A stretch of DNA of 64,000 bases from an uncultured Candidatus Actinomarina sp. (GTDB taxonomy: Bacteria; Actinomycetota; Acidimicrobiia; Actinomarinales; Actinomarinaceae), in contig CACNFT010000003.1 of assembly GCA_902619825.1 (NCBI GenBank), positions 10,473 to 74,472 on the forward strand. The letters run 5' to 3'. Position numbers and translations under genes: made by a program. A model generated the notes under the pieces. It was not told the DNA's origin and searched no databases. It saw nothing but the letters and a program-made list of their open reading frames with translations. Shown here one piece after another: positions 40,315 through 50,800 of this stretch; the first letter of the stretch is position 1, and every line of letters begins with the position of its first letter.

Positions 40315-40761
40315 ATGGCGAAAAAGAAACGAGAGAAAAAAGTTGTTGGCTGGAAAGAACAAGTTGCTTTACCTGATTTAAAAATAAAAAGTGTAATTGC
40401 AAAAATTGATACTGGAGCAAATTTAGCAACAATTGATGCTGCTGATATTAAGTTTGTTACGAGAAAAGATGTAAAGTACGTAAAATTTACTGTTAAAAAA
40501 AGAAACAACACCGTTAGAAAAACTTCCGCTCCCCTTGCAGGATTTAAAAGAATAAGAAGTTCCAACGGAGATGTTGAAAAAAGACCGTATATAAAAACTG
40601 ATATCTTAATGGATGGAATTACCAAAAATATTGAATTGACTCTTACTGACAGAGGCCCCATGGATTACACAATGTTAATTGGAAGAAAAGCTTTGGGAAG
40701 AAGATGGATTGTAAATCCCTCAATTAGCTTTTTGACAAAACCCAAAAGAAATACAAAATGA
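40315..40761 (+). CDS. RimK-associated retropepsin-like aspartic peptidase (ATP-dependent zinc protease/DUF785 family)
   Basis: KIDTGANLATIDA aspartyl-protease D-T-G-A motif. Overlaps rimK by 4 nt, the conserved pairing. Confidence 0.65.
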   Translation: MAKKKREKKVVGWKEQVALPDLKIKSVIAKIDTGANLATIDAADIKFVTRKDVKYVKFTVKKRNNTVRKTSAPLAGFKRIRSSNGDVEKRPYIKTDILMDGITKNIELTLTDRGPMDYTMLIGRKALGRRWIVNPSISFLTKPKRNTK

Positions 40762-41660
40762 AGATAGGAATATTATCACAAGACATAAGGTTATATTCAA
40801 CAAAACGTCTTTACGATACGGCAATTAATAGAGGTCATGATACTGAGGTTGTAAGTTATTTAAGATGTTACATGAATATTGCAAAAGCAAAGCCAAGAAT
40901 ATTCTCTGCTGGTCGTGAATTAAATTATGATTCTGTAATACCAAGAATTGCTGCAACGTGGACATTTTATGGTGCGGCTGTTGTAAGACAGTTTGAACTA
41001 ATGGGTTCTGTTTCAGCTAATTCATCAGCCGGAATTAGTAGATCTAGAGATAAATTAAGAGCCTTACAGCTAATTGGAAATACAGGTGTAGAGATGCCAA
41101 TAACTGGTTATGTTCATTTTTCAAGAGATGTTGAAGCTGTTTTAAAAAGTGTAGGGGAACCACCATTTGTTATTAAGTTACTTGAGGGAACTCAAGGAAG
41201 AGGTGTTGTCTTAACTGAAACAATGGATGCTGCAATAAGTGTGATTGAGACAATGAAAAAAATCGATGCAAACATTCTTGTTCAGGAGTTTATCAGTGAG
41301 TCTAAAGGTGAAGATATAAGAGCAATCGTTGTAGGAGATAAAGTAGTTGCCTCAATGAAACGAATTGCAAAACCTGGAGAATTTAGATCAAATGTACACT
41401 TAGGTGGAAGAGTTGATAATTATGATATATCTCCTGAAGAGGAAGAGAGTGCAGTTAAAGCAGCAAAGATTCTTAAACTTGATGTTGCAGGAGTTGATCT
41501 AATTCAATCAAACAGAGGTCCTTTGGTACTTGAAGTAAATTCTTCTCCCGGATTAGAAGGAATCGAAACTGCAACAGATATTGATGTTGCAGATGAAATT
41601 ATTTCATTTTTAGAAGATAAAGTAGAAAACACTGACAAATCAAAACCAATAGATATATAG
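40758..41660 (+). CDS. rimK: RimK-family ATP-grasp alpha-L-glutamate ligase
   Basis: ATP-grasp fold with the same length and layout as RimK (VIKLLEGTQGRGVVL ... EVNSSPGLEGIE). Confidence 0.8.
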   Translation: MKIGILSQDIRLYSTKRLYDTAINRGHDTEVVSYLRCYMNIAKAKPRIFSAGRELNYDSVIPRIAATWTFYGAAVVRQFELMGSVSANSSAGISRSRDKLRALQLIGNTGVEMPITGYVHFSRDVEAVLKSVGEPPFVIKLLEGTQGRGVVLTETMDAAISVIETMKKIDANILVQEFISESKGEDIRAIVVGDKVVASMKRIAKPGEFRSNVHLGGRVDNYDISPEEEESAVKAAKILKLDVAGVDLIQSNRGPLVLEVNSSPGLEGIETATDIDVADEIISFLEDKVENTDKSKPIDI

Positions 41661-41664
41661 TTTT

Positions 41665-41955
41665 TTAAATATCCATATTTAATAAGATTTTAAGAATATT
41701 GTATTTTAGAAAATTTTTCACAATATTGAATTGACTCAAGATTCCCTCATCTAAAACTTTTTTACCATATAAAACCACGGGTACTCTCAATAAAAATTCT
41801 TCATAACCATCTTCAACATCAACTTTTTGAATAGTAAAAAGGTTTTTTAAATAACCAAGACTTTTTAAACCTTTATCACATAACTCACAATTTTCTGTTA
41901 CGACAATACGTATAGTGGGCATATCTCTAATATAGTCAAATGAGACCCTGGACAT
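41665..41955 (-). CDS. glutaredoxin-like thioredoxin-fold protein
   Basis: 96 aa with a CELC (CxxC) motif in a short thioredoxin-like frame. Confidence 0.45.
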   Translation of the reverse strand: MSRVSFDYIRDMPTIRIVVTENCELCDKGLKSLGYLKNLFTIQKVDVEDGYEEFLLRVPVVLYGKKVLDEGILSQFNIVKNFLKYNILKILLNMDI

Positions 41956-42015
41956 TAATATTTATAGTTTTGTTAGCTGTCATTATTTTTGTCTCAGGTG
42001 CAATTGTCTTGAATA

Positions 42016-42819
42016 TTATTTCTTGATATCTATTTTTTCGCCATCAACAACACTTATTATTTTTGAGGCATTATTGTTTTTTGCAAAAATTGAAATCATA
42101 CCCCACGAATCAGTGATCAATCCTACTTGATTTACTCCATCGCTTTGATATGTTTCAGACCAGGTCATTTTAATCTCTTGATTTTGAATAATAACACTTA
42201 AGACATCTCCAATACCTTTTCCAAGATCAGTTAATTCATCCGGTGAAATGTTAGTCTGACAATTACCATAATGATCCACCCATAAAACCTCACCCTTTAC
42301 TTCATCATCTTTCTTTTCTGTCAATGGAATCAAATATTGTTGAAGATTCATAAGATCAACTTCCTCACCACAATCTTTGATATCAAGTTGACCTGAGGCA
42401 ATTCCAGCTGCAAAAGGAGAAAATACATCTCTAGCATGAAAGGTGTTCCCGTCACTGGGGATAATCCAATTTTCATTTTCAAGGAGATAAGCTCTTTTTG
42501 CTCCCCCGACAGTTGCACATGCAAGATTTAGTAATCCATTATCAGGTCCTATCATCACTCCCCAATCAGTTTCAATAGCAACAGGTTTTCTTTCCGTCCC
42601 CACGCCTGGATCAACAACCGCCAAAAGAACACCCTGTGGAATGTACTGAATAGCCCTCATCAATAACAAACTTCCATACTTTATATTTTGTGCTGGAATA
42701 CCATGAGAAATGTCGTTGATTTTTAACTCTGAATCAATTCTATTGATCACACCTTTTACAACACCGACGGAACCATCTGATAAACCAAAATCAGATGCAA
42801 ACGATATGATTTTTTTCAT
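42016..42819 (-). CDS. SAM hydroxide adenosyltransferase (DUF62; fluorinase/chlorinase-like SAM hydrolase family)
   Basis: The N-terminus ISFASDFGLSDGSVGVVKGVI...DISHGIP matches the DUF62 signature (TDFG..D.YVG.MKGVI...DI.H). Confidence 0.75.
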   Translation of the reverse strand: MKKIISFASDFGLSDGSVGVVKGVINRIDSELKINDISHGIPAQNIKYGSLLLMRAIQYIPQGVLLAVVDPGVGTERKPVAIETDWGVMIGPDNGLLNLACATVGGAKRAYLLENENWIIPSDGNTFHARDVFSPFAAGIASGQLDIKDCGEEVDLMNLQQYLIPLTEKKDDEVKGEVLWVDHYGNCQTNISPDELTDLGKGIGDVLSVIIQNQEIKMTWSETYQSDGVNQVGLITDSWGMISIFAKNNNASKIISVVDGEKIDIKK

Positions 42820-42885
42820 TATTTAATTATAAGTAATCTACTGAACTTAATAAATACTTAATATTTTACGAAGATACATCAAGTA

Positions 42886-43866
42886 GTGTATTCTGAAATA
42901 ATATTAACAATGAAAAAAGCACTAATAGTCATATTGTTACTTGTACTTGTAGGGGGATATTTCTTTGCTGGTTACAACGTTTACACTCAAGCTACTTTAG
43001 TTGAATGTGCAGTACCTGAAGTAGATCAAAACAATAGACCAGATAATTTTTCTCTTTCCGATAAAGATGTTTTTTGGGATCCTTCAGAATATTTTGTTAA
43101 TGATTATGAAGTTGTAAATATTGAACTTTCAGATGAAAACATAGCCTTAAATTCTTGGTGGTTAGATGCACAAAACAACAATGGCCCTACAGTTTTAGTT
43201 CTGCATGGACTAGGTAGCGGTAAGCACTCTCCGGATATGTTGCTGACTGCAGGAATGCTTTACAAAAATGGATTTAATGTTCTTGCTATCGATTTTAGAG
43301 ACCATGGAGAAAGCACTTGTGAAGACGGATTCCATTCAGCTGGACAAAAAGAATCTGATGATGTTGTTGCGTCTTTAGATTGGATAGTAAATGAAAAAGG
43401 TATTTCAGCAGATAACATTGGTATTTATGGCTCATCTTTGGGTGCATTAGTAGGTTTATTAACTCCCTCAAAATCAAACAATTTCTCAGCACTAGCTGTA
43501 TTGGATGCTCCATTTGATTTTGAAACCCTAGTAAGAGAAGAATTAATCTACCAAGGATTTTCAGAGTTGTTGTGGACACCTCTTTATCATTATGTTTTAA
43601 TCTTCGAGGGTATAAATTTATTAGCAAACAATCCAGAAGACTCTTTGAAAGCAGGAAATAAACAACCAATATTAATATTTAATGGTATGGATAACGATAG
43701 AGTGCTTCCACACCATACTGATGATTTAATTGATTCAGCAACTGAAATTGGAATCGAATTAGAAATTAATCGTTATGAAGAACTTGGTCATACTAGGGTG
43801 TTATATGATTATCCTAAAGAATTTTCTATAAAACTTGTACAGTTCTTTTCAAGGCATCTTAACTAA
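42886..43866 (+). CDS. membrane-anchored alpha/beta hydrolase
   Basis: N-terminal TM, LHGLGSGKHSP, nucleophile elbow GSSLGA and a C-terminal His. Confidence 0.6.
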   Translation: MYSEIILTMKKALIVILLLVLVGGYFFAGYNVYTQATLVECAVPEVDQNNRPDNFSLSDKDVFWDPSEYFVNDYEVVNIELSDENIALNSWWLDAQNNNGPTVLVLHGLGSGKHSPDMLLTAGMLYKNGFNVLAIDFRDHGESTCEDGFHSAGQKESDDVVASLDWIVNEKGISADNIGIYGSSLGALVGLLTPSKSNNFSALAVLDAPFDFETLVREELIYQGFSELLWTPLYHYVLIFEGINLLANNPEDSLKAGNKQPILIFNGMDNDRVLPHHTDDLIDSATEIGIELEINRYEELGHTRVLYDYPKEFSIKLVQFFSRHLN

Positions 43867-45080
43867 TGAAAAAAGTAATAACCGGTATAGGTATTTTGGT
43901 ATTGCTGGGGATTTTAGGTGGAGGATGGTTTTTTTCTGGTGTTACTTATGAAGTTGGTTTAAATCCTGAATTTGAAAACACAAGTGAAGTAGGAGTGGCA
44001 GAAGATAGAGTAACAATTGAGAATATCACGCAGGGAACAATCTCACTCAATGTCGAAGAGGAAATGTGGGGTGTCATGTTAGAAGATGGGGTTTATGGTG
44101 TTCTTGGAGCAAATGGAAGTGCCGTTGTAAACAAAATTATTTCTCTCGAAGGCGACATAATTACAAGAGAAATTCTTCAACTTAACGGAAAATTAGAAAT
44201 TGGTGAAAGAGTTGCGTCTTCCGCTCTGTTAAAAATTGAGGATGGAGTTTATAGCATTCTTGGAACAGACGATTATGAAGGAATTGATGAGAGTGGAAAG
44301 TACACTCCTAAATCAGTCTCAAACACTAACTATGAATATATTGAGTATGAATCAGATCTTGGAATGTTTCCAGCATATTTAACCTCTAAAGGTGATACCG
44401 GGGTTGTTATATTTGTTCATGGTTTTAGAGGAGCGTTTGAGAGAGACTTTACGGCTATGCTTCGTGCACCAGATTTTGAAAGTCTTGGTTTTAGATCAAT
44501 GATTATATCTTATAGAAATGATGCTAACGCACCAAAAGATCCCTCTGGTCTATATCAATATGGAGTGACAGAATGGATAGATCTTGATAATGCTATTAAA
44601 TATGTTGAAGAAAATATTAATCCCGAAAAAATAGTGTTGTGGGGAACAAGTGGTGGTGGCGGACCGGTAACAAGTTGGCTCCAAAATAATCCCAATTCAG
44701 ATAGAGTAGATGGAATTATCTTTGAAGCTCCTGTTATAAGTTTTTGGGAAAGTGTTGAAGTTAATGGAAAAGCTAGATATCCATTCATTCCAGAATTATT
44801 TTTTCCTTATATAAAACTTTTCACTGAGATTAGGTATGGTGTAGATTTTGACACCATGGATTTTAGAGATGCATTAGTTAAATCAGAGGTTCCTGTTCTA
44901 CTTTTTCATGGAGATGATGATGAATGGGTACCGGTAGATATGTCAGATTACATTGCTGCAAACAGAAGAACAAATTTTACTTATATAAGAATGTCTAACG
45001 TCGGTCATGTCACATCATGGAATGCTGATCCAGTCAGATATATTTTTGAGATTAAAAAATTTCTTGAATCTTTAAACTAG
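43866..45080 (+). CDS. membrane-anchored alpha/beta hydrolase (paralog of the upstream gene)
   Basis: N-terminal TM, VHGFRGA, nucleophile GTSGGGG and HGDDDEWVP. Its ATG shares one base with the previous stop. Confidence 0.6.
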   Translation: MKKVITGIGILVLLGILGGGWFFSGVTYEVGLNPEFENTSEVGVAEDRVTIENITQGTISLNVEEEMWGVMLEDGVYGVLGANGSAVVNKIISLEGDIITREILQLNGKLEIGERVASSALLKIEDGVYSILGTDDYEGIDESGKYTPKSVSNTNYEYIEYESDLGMFPAYLTSKGDTGVVIFVHGFRGAFERDFTAMLRAPDFESLGFRSMIISYRNDANAPKDPSGLYQYGVTEWIDLDNAIKYVEENINPEKIVLWGTSGGGGPVTSWLQNNPNSDRVDGIIFEAPVISFWESVEVNGKARYPFIPELFFPYIKLFTEIRYGVDFDTMDFRDALVKSEVPVLLFHGDDDEWVPVDMSDYIAANRRTNFTYIRMSNVGHVTSWNADPVRYIFEIKKFLESLN

Positions 45081-46205
45081 ACTTTCATATATTTTATTTA
45101 AATTTTTTGAAGTAATCTCCCAATCGTATTGTTTTGATTTCTCTATACAAGCTGATTCAATTTCTTTAAATTTTTTCTTATCATTAAGCAAATTGTTTAC
45201 AAAATTGTTAACATTTCCATCTAATAAATTTTCTGATAAGTAACCATTTTTATTATTTTCAATAACTTCCATCAGAGATCCATTATTTACCGAGAGTACA
45301 GGAACGCCCATCGAGTTAGCTTCAATTGCAACAAGTCCAAAAGTCTCATATTGTGATGTATGTATTAATAATTTTGCTTTATTAAGTAACTCTATAATTT
45401 CTTCTTGAGAAAGGCTGTTTAAAAACTCAACATGTGTTTCTAATTTAAAATTTATTACACTTTCTTTCAGTTCTTGTAAATATTCATTTCCTTTTTTTCC
45501 ACTTGGACCACCAATAAAATAACATTTAAAATTATTTTCTATCTTTCTAAAGCTATTTAGAAATTGAAGAGTTTTTAGTTGTCCTTTTTGTTCTTGTATT
45601 CTTCCTATTGATAAAAAAATATTTTCTTTTTCAACAGATGAATCCGGAGAAAATATTTTTTTATCAACTCCAGGAATAATTTTTTTAATTTTATTTTCGT
45701 CAACATTGTATGTTTCACAAATCAGCATATTTTCAAATTCTGAAGAAGCAGTAACTAAATCAGCTGAGGTCATTACAATTTTTTCACAATCAACTCTTTC
45801 TTTGTTGTAACCATCTAGAAAAACTCCCAAACTATGTGATGTAAAAATTAAAGGTATGTTTAATTGATTTGAGATCTCTTTTGCAACAAGACCTGACAAC
45901 CAGTAGTGTGCATGAATTACGTCAAAACTTTTTAGGTCTAAAGATTCTTCAAGCTTATTTTTAAATTCTTGTAAAAAAACTTCTTTATCTTCGACATTAA
46001 GATCGGATTCAAAAATGTTCAGCGAAATAAATTCAAGATTGTTATCTTTAAAGCTTTCTGCTTTTTCACCTGTTACAACAGTTACATTGTGATTGTCTGA
46101 TAAATGTCTTGAAATTTGTTGAACATAAATACTCATACCTCCGCCATCATTCTTTCCTACTTCATTAAAAGGAGAGGTGTGAAATGCAAGCTGAAGAATA
46201 TTCAT
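45072..46205 (-). CDS. GT4 family glycosyltransferase, MshA-like
   Basis: N-terminal HTSPFNEVGKNDGGGMSIYV resembles the MshA motif HTSP..PG.GD.GGMNVY. The C-terminus has the GT4 EX7E region. Confidence 0.6.
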   Translation of the reverse strand: MNILQLAFHTSPFNEVGKNDGGGMSIYVQQISRHLSDNHNVTVVTGEKAESFKDNNLEFISLNIFESDLNVEDKEVFLQEFKNKLEESLDLKSFDVIHAHYWLSGLVAKEISNQLNIPLIFTSHSLGVFLDGYNKERVDCEKIVMTSADLVTASSEFENMLICETYNVDENKIKKIIPGVDKKIFSPDSSVEKENIFLSIGRIQEQKGQLKTLQFLNSFRKIENNFKCYFIGGPSGKKGNEYLQELKESVINFKLETHVEFLNSLSQEEIIELLNKAKLLIHTSQYETFGLVAIEANSMGVPVLSVNNGSLMEVIENNKNGYLSENLLDGNVNNFVNNLLNDKKKFKEIESACIEKSKQYDWEITSKNLNKIYESLV

Positions 46206-47023
46206 ACTTTAATTTTTAGATCATATAATTGATGTACTTGACCACCGAAATTAAATTTATATTTTTCCTCACCCTTTAAATAATCGAAATATCTTTTTTT
46301 ATTATTGATACTGTTTTGCAATAACTGATCATTCAAATAAGTCCCCGTATTAAATTCTTCTAAAGAATGATCTCTGCATGAGTTATAAAGATAATCTACG
46401 ATTTCTGACTCGTATACAAAAGCTGAGGAAATCATAGAATCGTTGTAATCAATATAATAAATGTACCAATTTTCCTGTTCAATTAGTGATCTATAGAAAT
46501 TCTCAACTGTTTCAGTCATGTACTTCCCTTTTGCACCTGTGGACTTCTTGTGTAATCTTACAAATTCATCAAAAATATCACTATTTTTACTTTTTTGAAA
46601 AGAGATATCTCCAAATTTATCATTGAATATTCTTTTCTTTCTCTTTAGCTCATGTCTATTTTTTTTAGATAGAGCACTTAGGTATATTTCATAACTTTCA
46701 GGAAGCTCAAGGTATACAGATATATCACTTTTGACAATTTCAATAGAATTAAAAGTGTTTTGGTTTAAGAATTGAGAAATCTGAAAGTAACTAAGCGAAT
46801 CAAATTGAAAATACTCTATTTTCAAGTCCTTGATTTGGTCCTCAGAAAAATAGGGTGTAATTCGATAGTCAGTAAAATCCCTATCAATTTGAAATTCAAG
46901 AGTGTATGACTCTAACTTGTAGTAATCAAAAATAGCTTCTGATTTTGAATTGTTTAATTTTGCACCAGATTGTGTGAACCCGATATCAATAAATGGAGAG
47001 TTTGCTACTAAGTCTTTAACCAC
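46202..47023 (-). CDS. GNAT-fold acetyltransferase of the CelD/BcsL (Acetyltransf_6, FemAB-like) family
   Basis: C-terminal FDYLKGEEKYKFNFGG matches the family FDFLRGDE.YK..WG motif. Confidence 0.55.
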   Translation of the reverse strand: MVKDLVANSPFIDIGFTQSGAKLNNSKSEAIFDYYKLESYTLEFQIDRDFTDYRITPYFSEDQIKDLKIEYFQFDSLSYFQISQFLNQNTFNSIEIVKSDISVYLELPESYEIYLSALSKKNRHELKRKKRIFNDKFGDISFQKSKNSDIFDEFVRLHKKSTGAKGKYMTETVENFYRSLIEQENWYIYYIDYNDSMISSAFVYESEIVDYLYNSCRDHSLEEFNTGTYLNDQLLQNSINNKKRYFDYLKGEEKYKFNFGGQVHQLYDLKIKV

Positions 47024-47028
47024 AAATT

Positions 47029-47772
47029 CTAGAATAATCCATTAATGAGATTTAATACATCTACAAAATACAAAGCAAATAAAAAAGAAACTAAATAATC
47101 ATAAAGATAGATTTGGGTCGTGAGTGTTGAAAAATATTTATATTCTCTTCTGTTTCTCTGAAAGAGAAAATTCATTATCACTGTAAAAATTGATATTAAT
47201 CCTGCTGCAATCAAAACATATTGTATGGTGAAGCCAGAGAACAAACTAACTGTTGAAACAACAAAAAACGATGCAAAAAAATTAAAGAAATATTGATAAT
47301 TGCTAAATTGTATATTGAAAAAAGTTGCCAAAGTTTTTATAAAAAAAAGTATTAGAAACAAAAAAGTTAGAAAATCTAAATTTTCACTAAATGTTTTTGA
47401 AACAAAAAAAGACACTAGAAAAAAAGAAATAAATGTCACTAAATAAGCATTTCCGAATGTAGAAATACTTATATCTTTAAAAGTAAGATAAAAAATACCT
47501 ATCAGGATCGAAATCAAAAAGATCATATTCTTTATTTCGCTAATTTCAATAAATATTGTTGCGACAGGGGAAAAAGAGGTTATGAGTAGTAGAAGAATTA
47601 GTATAAATTCATTATTGGTTGTCCGTAACTCACATGCAAGTAGCTCTAATTGCCAAGCTAGTATTAATCCAACAAAACAAGAGATAATTAAATTTTCGTT
47701 GTTTAAAAAAATTGTTATAAAAATTCCAAAAGTAAGAACTGTCTGGATGTATCTAAGTTGGGTTTGTAACAT
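47029..47772 (-). CDS. hypothetical polytopic membrane protein
   Basis: 247 aa with about 7 TM and an extremely I/F/L-rich composition. Confidence 0.4.
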   Translation of the reverse strand: MLQTQLRYIQTVLTFGIFITIFLNNENLIISCFVGLILAWQLELLACELRTTNNEFILILLLLITSFSPVATIFIEISEIKNMIFLISILIGIFYLTFKDISISTFGNAYLVTFISFFLVSFFVSKTFSENLDFLTFLFLILFFIKTLATFFNIQFSNYQYFFNFFASFFVVSTVSLFSGFTIQYVLIAAGLISIFTVIMNFLFQRNRREYKYFSTLTTQIYLYDYLVSFLFALYFVDVLNLINGLF

Positions 47773-47836
47773 TATCCTCGCGAAAATTTTACCTAGATAT
47801 GCTTGAAAACTAAAGCGATTTGTATATAATTAAAAA

Positions 47837-47883
47837 ACACTACATTTAGTGTCAAAAACAGTGGCATATACTACATTTAGTTA
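47837..47883 (+). promoter_or_regulatory. tandem NrdR boxes upstream of nrdJ
   Basis: Two 16-bp palindrome-like sites, ACACTACATTTAGTGT (47837-47852) and ATACTACATTTAGTTA (47868-47883), 31 bp start-to-start, match the NrdR-box consensus acaCwAtATaTwGtgt. An AAAGGAG RBS at 47886 precedes the GTG start. Confidence 0.7.
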
Positions 47884-47898
47884 TAAAAAGGAGATATT

Positions 47899-50800
47899 GT
47901 GGCAAAAAATACAGGGCTTAAGATAAATAGGAAATATACCTCACCTGGTGATCCTTACAAAGATATAGTTTGGGAAAAGAGAAGTTCAAGGATAACAAAC
48001 CCAGACGGCTCAGTAGTTTTCGAAATGAATAATGTTGAGATCCCTTCAACCTGGTCTCAAGTAGCTACTGACATAATGGTTTCAAAGTATTTTAGAAAAG
48101 CTGGTGTTCCTCAGACAGATGAAAATGGAAATGAACTTAAAGATGATAATGGTAATGCAGTTCTAGGACCTGAAACATCTTCAAAGCAAGTATTCAACCG
48201 ACTTGCAGAGACATGGAGACACTGGGGTGAAGAAACTGGATATTTTGCATCAACAGAAGACGCTCAGGCTTTTGAAGATGAATTAAAGTATATGCTTGCA
48301 ACCCAGATGGCAGCTCCAAACAGTCCACAATGGTTTAACACAGGTCTAAATTACAAATATGGATTGACTGGGAAACCACAAGGATTTTGGTATGTTGATC
48401 CGAGTACAGGTGAATTAACAGCAGGAGAAGACTCTTACTCAAGACCACAACCGCACGCTTGTTTCATTCAATCTATTGATGATGATCTTGTCAACGAAGG
48501 TGGAATTATGGACCTTTGGGTAAAAGAAGCAAGATTATTTAAGTTTGGATCCGGGACGGGAACAAACTTTTCAAACCTAAGAGGTGAGGGAGAAAAACTT
48601 TCTGGGGGAGGTGTCTCTTCAGGTGTTATGTCATTTCTAAAAATTGGCGATAGAGCAGCAGGTGCAATTAAATCAGGTGGTACAACAAGAAGAGCTGCGA
48701 AAATGGTTATTCTTGATCTTGACCATCCAGATATTGAAGATTTCATTGAGTGGAAAGCTATTGAAGAAGATAAGGCAAGAGCACTAATCAATGCTGGGTA
48801 TCCATCAGACTATAACGGCGAAGCATATGCTACTGTGTCTGGTCAAAACTCAAACAACTCTGTAAGAGTACCAAATGAATTTATAAAAGCACTCGAGACA
48901 GATGGAGATTGGGAACTTACAGCTAGAACTGATGGTTCAACAATGAAAACTGTAAAAGCAAGAGAATTATGGAACAAAATAGCAGATGCTGCTTGGAGAT
49001 GTGCAGACCCTGGTGTTCAATTCAACACAACCATCAATGAGTGGCACACTTCCCCAGCAGGTGGACAAATTAGAGCATCAAATCCATGCTCTGAATACTT
49101 ATTTTTAGACAATACTGCCTGTAACTTAGCAAGTTTGAACTTAGTTAAGTTTTATGATGATGATAACCAAGTATTTGATGTTGCATCATATAAGCATGCA
49201 CTAAGAATTTGGACTGTTGTCCTTGAAATATCCGTTGAAATGGCCCAGTTTCCATCAAAAGAAATTGCTCAAGGATCTTATGACTATAGAACACTTGGTT
49301 TGGGATATGCAAACCTTGGATCCCTATTGATGAGAAAAGGTATTGCGTATGACTCAGAATTAGGTAGAGCTATTGCAGGTGCTTTGACAGCAATGCTGAC
49401 TGGTGAAGCATATAAAGCTTCAGCAGAAATGGCAAGCATAGTGGGACCATTTCCAAAATATTCAGAAAACAAAGAAAATATGCTTCGTGTTATGGGGAAC
49501 CACAGAAAAGCAGCTTATGATTCTGGTGATTATGTTGGAATCAGTCATGATTTATTAGCAATAGATCAAGACTTGTGTCCTGATGATTTACTAAAAGGTG
49601 CACAAGAGTCATGGGATGGTGCCCTTGAACTTGGTGAGGAACATGGATATAGAAATGCACAAGCTACCGTACTGGCTCCAACCGGAACAATTGGTTTACT
49701 CATGGATTGTGATACCACAGGTGTAGAACCAGACTTTGCTTTAATGAAATTTAAGAAACTAGCTGGTGGTGGTTATATGAAGATAGCAAACCAGTCAATT
49801 GGTCCAGCATTGAATGCACTCGGTTACACTAATCAACAAACTGAGGAAATAATTCAATATGTCATTGGATCAATGTCACTAGATGGTGCTCCATTTATTA
49901 ATAAAGAAACACTAATAGATAAAGGTTTGAATGATCAAGACATTGAAAATATTGAAAATTCATTACCTGGTGCATTTGAAATACAACATGCATTTAACGT
50001 TTTTGTTGTTGGTGAAGAAACAATGCAAAGGCTAAATATACAAGAAGAAGAATATACATCTTTTGATTTCAATCTTTTAGAAAAACTAGGATTTACAAAG
50101 ACTGAAATAGCAGAAGCAAACAAATTTATTTGTGGAACTCAAACAATCGAGGGAGCTCTCCATCTAAAAGATGAGGATCTTAGCGTCTTTGATTGTGCTA
50201 ACAAATGTGGAAAAGATGGTGAGAGATTTATTCATTATATGGGCCACGTAAGAATGATGGCAGCAGCGCAACCGTTTATTTCTGGTGCGATTTCAAAAAC
50301 TGTAAATATGCCCAATGAAGCAACAATAGAAGATATTGAAAACTGCTATTTCGAATCTGCAGGTCTTGGTATTAAAGCAATTGCAATTTATCGAGATGGA
50401 TCAAAAGCATCTCAACCATTGTCTGCATCTTCTGATGATGGTGAATCAGAAGAAACTGATCCTCAAGTCTCAGAGATAATTGAAAACGAATCAATGCTAA
50501 TGCACGGAAACTATCCTGCTGGAACAAGTCCAACAAAAGCCTACGCTGGAACGACAAGACCAAGGTTCTTGTTGCCTGAAAGAAGAGAGGGATGGACTCA
50601 AGAAGCAAAAATAGCTGGCCATAAAGTATATCTAAGAACTGGAGAATATCCAGATGGAACACTTGGTGAAGTTTTCATAGATATAGCAAAGGAGGGTGCG
50701 ACACTGAAAGGGGTTCTGGGATGTTTTGCTATTGCAGTATCTAAGGGTCTTCAATATGGTGTTCCACTTGAAGAGTTTGTAGACACTTTCACTTTTCAGA

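Noticed and set aside
47773-47898. A cobalamin riboswitch upstream of the B12-dependent nrdJ.
   Set aside because: The 5' region is only about 126 bp and is occupied by the two NrdR boxes and the RBS. No B12-box-like (AGYCMGgAgaCCkGCC) sequence is visible.
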